This document shows positions 32,345 through 41,466 of a stretch of DNA of 64,000 nt, piece by piece. The notes beneath the pieces were generated by a model. That model was given only the letters and a program-made list of their open reading frames with translations, searched no databases and was not told the origin of the DNA. Numbering within the stretch: position 1 is the first letter of the stretch; each line of letters begins with the position of its first letter. Source of the stretch: Thecamonas trahens ATCC 50062 (lineage: Eukaryota; Protista; Apusomonadida); contig NW_013657647.1 of NCBI RefSeq assembly GCF_000142905.1, forward strand, positions 62,001-126,000, given 5' to 3'. A program made the translations under genes and the position numbers.

Positions 32345-35302
32345 ATGGACAACAAACAGATAGAACAGGGGCAGGGCATTAGCCAGTACCTCCATCAACA
32401 CCAAGTCGGGGAGAAGCTCTCGGAGGCTGTCAACGACATGGTTGCCTCTCTCCCTCCGGACCCCTTTGCCTGCCTCGGCCGTCACCTCATCGCCACCTTT
32501 CCCTCATCGCTCACCATCCATACTCTCTGCCTTACTTCTTCATTGTCGCCCTCTACTTGCTCGCCATTCTTGCTCCATCCCTGTCGCATCTCGCTCCTTC
32601 CTACCTCGGCTATGGCCCTCGCCAACGATGCCCAAGTCGCCGCGGCTGCTGCAGGCCTCTCCCTCATCGCTTCGGCTTCTCCCACTGCGCCTCGTCTGCT
32701 CATGGACATGGTCATTCCGCTGCTAAAGGCTGCTGCTGCCGCGGCTCTGGACAACGAGCTCGGCTCTCCTCACCGCCAAGAGCCGTCTCATCGTCACAGC
32801 TTGCCCTCGCACCACGGTCTCAACTCGTCGGCATCGGGTCATTCCTCTGTCCGCGCTTCAGGTGCAAGGGGCGCGAGCGGTGGCACATCGCAGCGCGGGA
32901 AGCGCGAGTCTGGAGCTGGTGGTGGCGGGGCTGACCGCAGTCTCTCATCGGCAAGGAGCAAGCGCGACTCGTCGGCCACAGAGTCTACCGATGACCGCCT
33001 CTTTGGCGGCGTTGCTGGAAGCATCTCGTTGGAGCAGGTGGCGACAGTCTCACTCGATGCGGCAGTCGCTGCTCTCCTTGCCTCGCCCGAGGTTGCCCGC
33101 CTTGGCATTTTCCTTGCGCCGCAGGACCGCCGGATGATCCACACCCTTGGCTCCTCGCTGGCAGAGCTTGTCGCCAGCCACGTGGCCGACATCCATGCCG
33201 AGCTCGCGCAGGAGGACGCCGTCGCTCGCGCCGCCGCTGCCGCCTCCTTGTCGGGCGCGCCGGCGCGCTCGCCGCGCTCGCCGCACAACTCCTCGCCCAA
33301 GTCGGGCAAGTCGGGCAAGTCGGCCCGTCCATCACCATCCCGCTCCTCTGCCCGCAAGCGTCAAGACAAGCGCCGCTCCGACGCCCCGAGGCCTGCCGCT
33401 GCGCCTGCCGCCGACCACGACGCTCATGATGCTGCGCCTCGCCCACCAGCTCCTACCGTCTCACCTGAGCGCCTGGCAGCCGCTGTTGATGCCATCGTTG
33501 ACGAGCTGCTGGGCCCGGCTTGTCGCCCGCTGGGGCTTCTTCAGTTTGACGGCCTTGACGACGCGGTCGCCACTGTCGAGACTGCACTCCGCGGTGCCGA
33601 CCTGCACCTCGAGGCCGTTGACCTCAAGCTCCTCTCACTCGCCGCCAAGCCGCAAGCATGGCAAGTCGGCTCGTGGCCCATCGAGCCCATGCCCGAGCGC
33701 CCTGGCGCAGCATCGCCCGACTCGGACGGCGCGCAACAGAGCCCGGAACAGTGGGAGGCTACTCACGTTCCGCAGCCAGAGCCGACCACAGGCGTCCCGC
33801 CTGCTGTCACGGCTGCTGTATCGCTCGCGGTCCTTCGCGCCTGTATGCGCGCGGCGCCGCAGCCTGTCCCGCGACTTCCGGGCCTGCCGTACCTCGACTG
33901 GCTCGCCGCCCGCTTCTCCACCACCGCCCGCGTTCCCATTCCGGTCATCCCGCTCGTCTCCGCTGGCCTCACCACTGGCGCCAAGTTCCGACAGCGGCGA
34001 GTCTGGCTTGTCCCGCGCACACCCAAAGCCAATCTACTCTCTGTCGTGCCCGACGTCTATGCTGCCTTTGGCGCCGCGCTCGCCGACCGCATGGGCGCCG
34101 CCTTTGGCATCGCATCGCCCGCCAACGGCTACCTTCCCGCCAAGCTCGACTCTCTCGATGGCGTCGTCTCGCTCCTCGATGAGGCTGCAGTGGCCGTTGC
34201 GAGTCCGCCTGTCCGCGCACCTCCGCGTCCGGGCCCGGCCCTCAAGCTCTGGGTCGAGGCCGAGCCCGATGCCGCCTACATTGCCCGCATCCGGCGCTAC
34301 GACGTCTCCGGTGCTGCGTCCTGTGGCCTGCTCCCGACTGGGGTTGGCTCGAACTCGTCGTCGTCCAAGACGCAGCTCCGCTCGGCCGCTGACCTGCTCA
34401 GCGTTTACAAGTCCAAGGTCCTCAACACGGACGCCGTCACTGGTATCATCCAGCCGTTTGCTACCGCCGACGACGACGGCTATGCGCTCACGGCGGCGGA
34501 CCCTGGGTTCTGCGTCGCGGTCTCGACCGCGCCCGGAGCCGCGACGTCGCCGGCATCGGCCACAAGCATGTCACCGCGATTTGCTGACGACGACCATGCC
34601 CTTGTTCGTGTCCGCAGCAGCGGCGGGACTTCAAGCAACGCGTCAGTCGCCTCTAACCGCTCCACAAGCGGTTCGCGTCGGCGCCGCAAGCCCAGCAGTC
34701 GCGCTGTCGGCCACGACGAGCCGGCCTCGCCCAGGTCTCCGGTCACTCCAACCTCGCCTATGTCGTCCAAGAGCCGTCGCTCGCGGCGTGCCCGCAAGTC
34801 GGCTGCCGCCAGCATCGTCGACGGCGCCCCGCCGCCCAAAATTAGCGCCCCGCCGCCGCTCTCCAACCTCGCCCGCGACGCCAAGGCCCAGACAGGCACC
34901 GCGCCCGACGAGCCGGCGGCGCTCTTTGGCCGATCCACAAAGCACCCGCGCAATCGCAGGCACGTTGTTGCACCAAGCCACGCCACCGCAGGCACCAACT
35001 GGTCGCAGCCGGAGCACCAGGTCCAAGTCGCCAACAAGTACTCGGTCGTCACCCTTACGCTCGCGTCGTGCGCAACAGTCTCGGCACTCATGCGGACCGT
35101 CGCTGAGCTGCACGAGCGCGGCCGGTCGGTGGCTCTCGACCTCGGCCCGGACCAGATCGCCAGCGGCAATGGGCCCGAGTTGATGGAGCTTGCCGCCGCC
35201 GCAGGTGTCGACTACGTCGTCCTCGGTGCGCTCTCGGACCCTCATGCTGCCGCAGCCTACGCCCGCCTCCTCGATATCGCCACCGCTGCTGACGCCATGT
35301 AG
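32345..35302 (+). CDS. Enolase-4-like divergent enolase homologue with N-terminal dimerisation/docking (RIIa/Dpy-30-like) module
   Basis: N-terminal YLHQHQVGEKLSEAVNDMVASLPPDPFACLGRHL; enolase-like AVSLAVLRAC and RVPIPVIPLV; C-terminal MELAAAAGVDYVVLGAL...AYARLLDI (cf. enolase AKYNQLLRI). Large low-complexity insertions. Confidence 0.65.
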   Translation: MDNKQIEQGQGISQYLHQHQVGEKLSEAVNDMVASLPPDPFACLGRHLIATFPSSLTIHTLCLTSSLSPSTCSPFLLHPCRISLLPTSAMALANDAQVAAAAAGLSLIASASPTAPRLLMDMVIPLLKAAAAAALDNELGSPHRQEPSHRHSLPSHHGLNSSASGHSSVRASGARGASGGTSQRGKRESGAGGGGADRSLSSARSKRDSSATESTDDRLFGGVAGSISLEQVATVSLDAAVAALLASPEVARLGIFLAPQDRRMIHTLGSSLAELVASHVADIHAELAQEDAVARAAAAASLSGAPARSPRSPHNSSPKSGKSGKSARPSPSRSSARKRQDKRRSDAPRPAAAPAADHDAHDAAPRPPAPTVSPERLAAAVDAIVDELLGPACRPLGLLQFDGLDDAVATVETALRGADLHLEAVDLKLLSLAAKPQAWQVGSWPIEPMPERPGAASPDSDGAQQSPEQWEATHVPQPEPTTGVPPAVTAAVSLAVLRACMRAAPQPVPRLPGLPYLDWLAARFSTTARVPIPVIPLVSAGLTTGAKFRQRRVWLVPRTPKANLLSVVPDVYAAFGAALADRMGAAFGIASPANGYLPAKLDSLDGVVSLLDEAAVAVASPPVRAPPRPGPALKLWVEAEPDAAYIARIRRYDVSGAASCGLLPTGVGSNSSSSKTQLRSAADLLSVYKSKVLNTDAVTGIIQPFATADDDGYALTAADPGFCVAVSTAPGAATSPASATSMSPRFADDDHALVRVRSSGGTSSNASVASNRSTSGSRRRRKPSSRAVGHDEPASPRSPVTPTSPMSSKSRRSRRARKSAAASIVDGAPPPKISAPPPLSNLARDAKAQTGTAPDEPAALFGRSTKHPRNRRHVVAPSHATAGTNWSQPEHQVQVANKYSVVTLTLASCATVSALMRTVAELHERGRSVALDLGPDQIASGNGPELMELAAAAGVDYVVLGALSDPHAAAAYARLLDIATAADAM

Positions 35303-35316
35303 CTGAGCAGCGAGAC

Positions 35317-36378
35317 TCACAGCGGCACCGCCGGCCGCACCCGCCCCGGATCGTCGCCCACACCAAACACAAACAGCGAGTCGTCCCACCCGGCAGTCGC
35401 CAGCACATTGTCCAGAAAGAGCGACCAGTCGAGCCCAACCACAAACTCGCTATGATGCTCCAGCCGCTGCAGAATGGTCGCCGTGCCCGTCGCCGCCACG
35501 CTTGACAAGTCCCACACCATGGCCGCCATGTCGTAGCCGGCCGACGCCAGCAAGTGCTCCGAGAACGGCGAAAAGAGGACCCGCCGGACTGCCAGCGAGT
35601 GGCCCTCCAGCACCGCGGTCGGCGCCCGCGGAGCCCGCACGTCCCACAGCGCGATGCTGGTGTCCACAGAGCCCGTCACCATCACATGCTCCGCGTACTT
35701 GTTAAAGTCGCACGAGAGAACTTCAAAGTCGTGTGCCGGCAGCGTCAGCACCGCTCCGCCCGGCGTCTTGGTGTCAAACAGCCGCAGCGTTGCATCACCC
35801 GAGCATCCAGCTAAAAGCGTGGGCGAGTGCGGCGCCCACGCCGCTGTGTACACACAGTACTTAAAGTCGGTGTAGCTCAATATCGGCGCCGCCGCATTCG
35901 GGTCCCACACCCGCAGCGTAGCGTCCCACGATCCCGACGCAAAGCAAGTCTTGCTCAGCGGCGACCACGCCACAGACGCCACCTCAGCCTCGTGCCCGGT
36001 CCATCCCGCTAGCGGCGTCGTCTCCGCCCCCGGTCGGCCATCCATCATCAGCTCGCTCTCGCCAGCACCAGCGCCGCCAGCAAACACATCATACAGCCGC
36101 AGCATGCCATCAGCACCAGCGGTGAGAACATGGCCATGACAAGCTTCTGACCACGCCAGATCGTAAATGCCATCCTTTGTCTGCAGCGGCAGTCCGATCG
36201 GCATCAAACTGCCTGAAGCCGGATCGTAGCGAAAAAACACAGCACTGCCTTGCCCGACAATGCCAAAGTGCTGTGCCGTGGCCACACCCACCAATTCGCC
36301 GTCATACGGCGAGAAGGCCACCGAGTGGCCAGCAAACGGAAGCCTAGCATATGCTGCTGCTGCACCTCCTGCCGCCAT
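35317..36378 (-). CDS. PEX7: Peroxisomal targeting signal 2 receptor (WD40)
   Basis: GHSVAFSPY...ATAQHFGIVGQG, DGIYDLAWSE, AHDFEVLSCDFNKY, LASAGYDM, HHSEFVVGLDWS, ATAGWDD. Confidence 0.95.
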   Translation of the reverse strand: MAAGGAAAAYARLPFAGHSVAFSPYDGELVGVATAQHFGIVGQGSAVFFRYDPASGSLMPIGLPLQTKDGIYDLAWSEACHGHVLTAGADGMLRLYDVFAGGAGAGESELMMDGRPGAETTPLAGWTGHEAEVASVAWSPLSKTCFASGSWDATLRVWDPNAAAPILSYTDFKYCVYTAAWAPHSPTLLAGCSGDATLRLFDTKTPGGAVLTLPAHDFEVLSCDFNKYAEHVMVTGSVDTSIALWDVRAPRAPTAVLEGHSLAVRRVLFSPFSEHLLASAGYDMAAMVWDLSSVAATGTATILQRLEHHSEFVVGLDWSLFLDNVLATAGWDDSLFVFGVGDDPGRVRPAVPL

Positions 36379-36605
36379 GACTATGATATAATATTGCTAC
36401 GGCTATACTACTTCTCGTGCTCTGCTTGAATTGACTTCTTCCCCCTCTGCTCGCCCAGCTGCCCGAGTTGAGTATACCACCACCCTGACCCGTGCTGCGT
36501 CGCCTCGACCGACTCAACTCGCAAAGCCGATACAACCACACTCGCCCCCCTTCCTCAACCCAACTCACTCCCGATCGCCGCCTCTTCCACATGCCTTCTT
36601 TTCTA

Positions 36606-39600
36606 TCATTCGCTGGCTACACTCACCGACGGACCGGAACTCTCGACCACAGCATCGGCGTAGCGCTCGAGGGCCGCGACCGGGTTGACTGCCGCTGCAA
36701 CCTTGGCACCAGCAGCGATACTGGCCTTGGCGCCGGCGGCGATCGGACGAGCCACGGCGACAGCTCCATCGGCGATGAGCCCGCCGGCGTCGGAAACGCC
36801 GCGCGAAGCCCTGATCGCCGCCGTCTCGCCAACATGTGCTGTCGTGACCAGCACATCTTGACCTGTCCGCGCTACCGGCCGCAGCACGTCCGACGTGACG
36901 TGGCCAGCGCCGCGAGCCACGTCGGCCACGCCACGTCCAACAACTCGCGAGCCCTTGGCTACGCCACCCACAGCAACCTCGGTGGCATCGACAACAACCT
37001 CGCCCACAGGCCGCGCGACCCGAACAGCAACGTCTGCACCGGCCTCCACAGCGTCCGCAAACTGAGATCCGACCACCCGCGCCCCCGACGCCGTGGCGCC
37101 GCCCACCCTGCGACCGACGTCCGCCACTCCGCGTCCGACAGGACGCAGCGCACCCTGAACGCCGAGCCCAGCTCGCCGCGCCACGTAAGCCGTCTCGTCG
37201 CCGATCACCACCGCAGCACCGCCGACCACCCGCCCGGCCTTGCGCACCGTAGTCCCCGTCGCATGCGTGACAGGCGCAATCACCGCCCTATCGACCACCG
37301 CGCCGCCGCGGACCGCGACATGACTCACGCCCGAGCCGGCTCGCACCACCGCGCGTCCGCCTGCAAGCGCCACGCCTGGCACAACATGGGTGACCACGTC
37401 TGTCGCACCGCGACCGACAGGGCGCAGGACGGTGGACCCGGCATGGGCCGCTGATCGCGACACGTCGACAACTCCCCGCCCGACTGGCCGCGCCACAGCA
37501 GCTGCGCCGTCGACAATTGCCATTGACCCATCACCGACCACTCGAGTCGCTGTCCGGCCAGCAATCGCCGAGCCGCGAGCCACCAATGTACCGGCATCAA
37601 CCGCAGTCCGGACCACAGGTCGTGCCACATCAGCCGCCACGTGCGTTACGGTCGACGCCACGTCCTCCGCTACCCTCCCAATCGGGACCGCCACCACTCG
37701 CGCCGAGTGCACCGCTGCCGAAGCCGCATCTCGCGCCGCTCGACCGGTAACACGGCTGGCCTGGGCTGCCCCGCCCGCCACAGCTTCTGCTGCGTCTCGC
37801 GCCACCCGGCCAACAGGCACAGCCACGTGCTGAACCGAGGACCGCACCAGATCAGTCGTTCCGCGGCCGACGCCGCGCGCAGCCGCGCCGGCGGTGTCGG
37901 CCCCAGTTCGCGAGACCGCCAGCACGCCGCGCCGAACACCGCCAGCAACAGGCAAAGCTGCCGACGTCACCGAGGCTTCGGTGATGACTGCGACGTCTTG
38001 GATGGTCCGCATCACTGCGGCGGAAGCATCGTGGACGGCTCGATCAGTGGCGGCCGCAGCATCAGCCACGGCGCGTCCAACTGGACGTGCCACAGCACCC
38101 ACCCCCAACCCGGTGGCCACGGCCGCAGCCACCGCTGTGCCACCAATAACAGCCGCAGTGTCGACAGTTCCGCGACCCATCACGCGCCCAGCATCGGCCA
38201 CAGCGCGCACCGGCTTGCGCCCAGCATCGACCACCGTCCGGCCGACAGCGCCAGTCACATCCTTGGAGACCCGGGCGACGGCCGTTGCCGTGTCGGCGAC
38301 AGTCGCCGTAGCCACAGCTGTGGCGTCGACAGCCGCGCGGACTGGGGGGACAGTCACCGCACGCACCAGACTCCTGGTATCGTGGACCACGTCCGAAATG
38401 ACGTTTCCGGTCGCGCGGGTCGCGTCCACAACCGATCGGCCGACAGGCGTTGCCACCCTACCGGCCAGAGCAGCTGAGCCGCGGACGACGTCGGCTGCAC
38501 CCACAACCGCTGCGTCAAGCCCGGCGACCGTCGCCAAGCCCAGCGCCCGCGCAGCGTCCATGGCCTTGCGCTTGCCCCGAGCAAACGGCGAGATGACCGA
38601 GAGCAGCGCAGCAAGCACCGGCCGGTTGATGTTTCGCAGAGCATCGATGGTCCGGGCCCGGCGTGCGTCCTTCTCGCTGCGCCGCGCGTCTTCTGTCGCC
38701 TGGGCTGCAGCTTGCCGCTCGGCCCGGGCAGCCCGGCGCGCCACGCGGTGGCGCCGCCGCTCCTCACGAGCCGCCGCTGCCTGGCGTCTCGCCTCCCCAT
38801 CAGCGGCAGCTCGATCACGCTTTCGAGCCTCCTTCACCTGCTCTCGCACCGTTGATCGCAGCTGCGCGTACTCGGACTTGGCCGCCGTCGCCGCTGCATC
38901 GGCCTGAGCGCGGGCCTCGGCCCGCTGCGCTGCGGCTTCTGCTCGTCGTGCTGCCTTGCGCGAGTCAGCAGCGGCTCGAGAAGTCCTCAATAATCCCGGT
39001 CGGTTCTCAGCCGCCTCGGCTCGCCGCTCGTCCGCAGCTTTGCGAGTCGCCTGCCGCGCCGTATCGGCCGAAGCCCGTGCCGCCGCTGCCGCCGCCCACC
39101 GTGCATCGCGCTCTTCACGACGCTGCTGCTTCGTCGCAGCCCTGTTGCGCTCGCGCTGTGTGTCGGCAGCGGCCCGCGTTTCGGCCTTGGAAGCCTTGGC
39201 CGCCGCCCGCTCCTCGCGCAGCGCAGCCTTGGCAGCAGGGCGCTCTACAGTGCGCTCGTTCCGGACAGCCTCCTTTCGCTCCGCAGCAGCCGCCAGAGCG
39301 GCGGCGCGGGCAGCAGCATCAGCTTCATCGGCGGCGGACCGGGCCGCCGCGCGCTCGGCCGCGCGCTCGGTATCGGCAGCAGCGCGAGCAGCGCGACGCT
39401 CAGCTGTGCTCGCCGCTGCGGCGTCGTCAGCAGCCATTCTCGCTTCGGCACGCGCAGTTTTGGCTGCAGCACGGGCGGCAGCAGCTTCGGCGTCGGCCGC
39501 AGCACGCTCGGCCGCCATGGCTTCGTGCGCCTCGCGGCGTGCAGCAGCATATGCTTCGTCGGCGGCTTGGCGACGCGCTGCTTTGGCCTCTGGAGCCGTT

Positions 39601-40463
39601 GCGCGCTCGGCAGCGCGGGCGTCGTCGGCGGTGCGCCGCGCTTCGCGCCGCAACTCCCACTTGTCGCGGTAAGCCGCGGCACTGGCAGCGTCGTTGGCCT
39701 CACGGCGCGCGGCGCGCTCGATCGCCTCGGCCTCGACGGCCTGGGCATGCATCATATCTTTGTGCTCGCGCTCGAGCCGCAGCGCCTCGGTCTCAGCCTC
39801 GTAGGCTTCGGTGGCGGCGTGGTCGGCCTCGGCGCGAGCCGCCTTGAGCGCGGCCCGGGCTTCGATCCGAGCCGCATCGGCGGCTGCCCACTCTGCCCTG
39901 CGACGCTCAACAGCTTGTGCATGGCCAGCATCGGCGGCAGCCTGCCGCTCACGCCGGGCAACTTTGTCCGCCTCCCACTCGGCCGCCCGCGCCTTGTCGC
40001 TAGCCGCCGCCGCCTCGGCCGCACGAGCACGAGCCACTGCCCGCGCCTGACGCATCTCCACAGTCGCGGCCTTGGCCTCTACCAGCGCCGCGTCCTCAGC
40101 CGCCCTTGCCGCAACTCGAGCCTCTACCTCGTCCTCTGCGCGGCGTCGGGCCTCTTTCTGGGCAGCGATGCGGGCTTCTACCTTGGCCGCCTTCCGCGCC
40201 GTTCTCTGCTCAGCATGCTCCCTCCGAGCACGCTCTCGCTCGATAGGCTTCTCCGCTGCACGGCGCTCCGCCTCTGCTCTTGCCACAGCATCAGCGGCAC
40301 TCCGCGCCTTTCGCCTCGCCACCGCCGCTGCTCTCCTCCGACTTGTTCGCTCTGCATCGTACGTCGCCCTCAATCGGGCCTCGGCCGTCCTCGCCTCCCG
40401 GAACGCCTGTGCCCGAGCTGCGTCAGCTTGAGCCCGCGCCGTCACCGTCTCTGCACTCGGCAT
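36606..40463 (-). CDS. Ala/Arg-rich coiled-coil protein with a C-terminal 11-mer amphipathic repeat region (1285 aa)
   Basis: About 600 aa of charged helical sequence, then about 650 aa of V/A/G/R/T repeats such as VGRAVADAAAA TDRAVHDASAA. Confidence 0.75.
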   Translation of the reverse strand: MPSAETVTARAQADAARAQAFREARTAEARLRATYDAERTSRRRAAAVARRKARSAADAVARAEAERRAAEKPIERERARREHAEQRTARKAAKVEARIAAQKEARRRAEDEVEARVAARAAEDAALVEAKAATVEMRQARAVARARAAEAAAASDKARAAEWEADKVARRERQAAADAGHAQAVERRRAEWAAADAARIEARAALKAARAEADHAATEAYEAETEALRLEREHKDMMHAQAVEAEAIERAARREANDAASAAAYRDKWELRREARRTADDARAAERATAPEAKAARRQAADEAYAAARREAHEAMAAERAAADAEAAAARAAAKTARAEARMAADDAAAASTAERRAARAAADTERAAERAAARSAADEADAAARAAALAAAAERKEAVRNERTVERPAAKAALREERAAAKASKAETRAAADTQRERNRAATKQQRREERDARWAAAAAARASADTARQATRKAADERRAEAAENRPGLLRTSRAAADSRKAARRAEAAAQRAEARAQADAAATAAKSEYAQLRSTVREQVKEARKRDRAAADGEARRQAAAAREERRRHRVARRAARAERQAAAQATEDARRSEKDARRARTIDALRNINRPVLAALLSVISPFARGKRKAMDAARALGLATVAGLDAAVVGAADVVRGSAALAGRVATPVGRSVVDATRATGNVISDVVHDTRSLVRAVTVPPVRAAVDATAVATATVADTATAVARVSKDVTGAVGRTVVDAGRKPVRAVADAGRVMGRGTVDTAAVIGGTAVAAAVATGLGVGAVARPVGRAVADAAAATDRAVHDASAAVMRTIQDVAVITEASVTSAALPVAGGVRRGVLAVSRTGADTAGAAARGVGRGTTDLVRSSVQHVAVPVGRVARDAAEAVAGGAAQASRVTGRAARDAASAAVHSARVVAVPIGRVAEDVASTVTHVAADVARPVVRTAVDAGTLVARGSAIAGRTATRVVGDGSMAIVDGAAAVARPVGRGVVDVSRSAAHAGSTVLRPVGRGATDVVTHVVPGVALAGGRAVVRAGSGVSHVAVRGGAVVDRAVIAPVTHATGTTVRKAGRVVGGAAVVIGDETAYVARRAGLGVQGALRPVGRGVADVGRRVGGATASGARVVGSQFADAVEAGADVAVRVARPVGEVVVDATEVAVGGVAKGSRVVGRGVADVARGAGHVTSDVLRPVARTGQDVLVTTAHVGETAAIRASRGVSDAGGLIADGAVAVARPIAAGAKASIAAGAKVAAAVNPVAALERYADAVVESSGPSVSVASE

Positions 40464-41466
40464 GATTCAGGTCTCCGTCACGGGTAACTATGTGTGTCCT
40501 TGTGCCCGTCGTTGTGCCTGTCCTTGTGTCGACGTCAGAGTCGACGTGTCCGTTGAGTCGTCGAGATGGTTGTCTGTCACTCCGAGCTGGCTTCCCATCC
40601 CTCCGTGCCGTTCGCCGTTTTAAACATGCTGGACTGCCTGAGAAGCATTGTTCTTTTCACTCTGGCGAGAGTCGTGGAACCCTTGACGGCATGGTCGTTC
40701 GGACGCAATTGCACATGCCATTCATAGTGAGCAACTCGACGATGCTTGACTTCCAGGTTACCGCCCGACGCTGCGCGACACCTGCTTGGCCTGCGGCTTG
40801 GGATGGGAGGCGTACCCGCACGTGATGGCGGCCGACACGTAGACGGATCCGGAGGAGCAGCGGGCGCGGACGGTACGGAGTTTGTCGTTGATGACCCCGA
40901 CAATCGGGAAGGAGAGCATAACAGAGTTGAACACAGCGGCCGCCGGGCGGGAGAGCGCGAAGACGTAGTGGATCTTCTTGCGACGGGCGAGCTTGCTGGT
41001 CGGCGTGGCCGCGCAAGTGGTGGCACGCCACTCTGTACTGGATTCTGGACGCCGCGCTCACCGTAAAGGGATGAGTCGATCAGCGAGCACGTGCACGTGA
41101 CACGTCGACCAACCTGGCCTACAGCCCAGTTGTGGGAGGGGAATGAAATGGCGAGATGGCCCATGGATGGGGATTGATGGACCAAACGTGGATGACTCGT
41201 GGATGGGGGACTGACGCTGTAGGGCTCGGGGTAGTACAGTGGTGGCAGTCGCTCGAGGGTATAAAAATTTATCGCCTGCACCCACAGCACCCCCCACCCC
41301 CCACACACTCACTCACCAATCCATCCTCCATCCATCTCATCTCGGAGCGGGAGCAAGCGAGGGAGGGGAGGTAACCCCTCTCTCGTTCATCGACACCGAG
41401 TGCAACGCGACTTTGAAGATCGGCACAACTCGATCAGCAAGGACTAGATAGTGTGGACAAGTAGCT

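Noticed and set aside
41260-41266. TATAAAA about 200 nt upstream of MYBBP1A
   Set aside because: A single short match with no TSS data; not supportable as a promoter call.
40577-41308. 243-aa minus-strand ORF between divergent genes
   Set aside because: No recognisable motif, non-ATG start and atypical composition; a small gene cannot be excluded but is unsupported.
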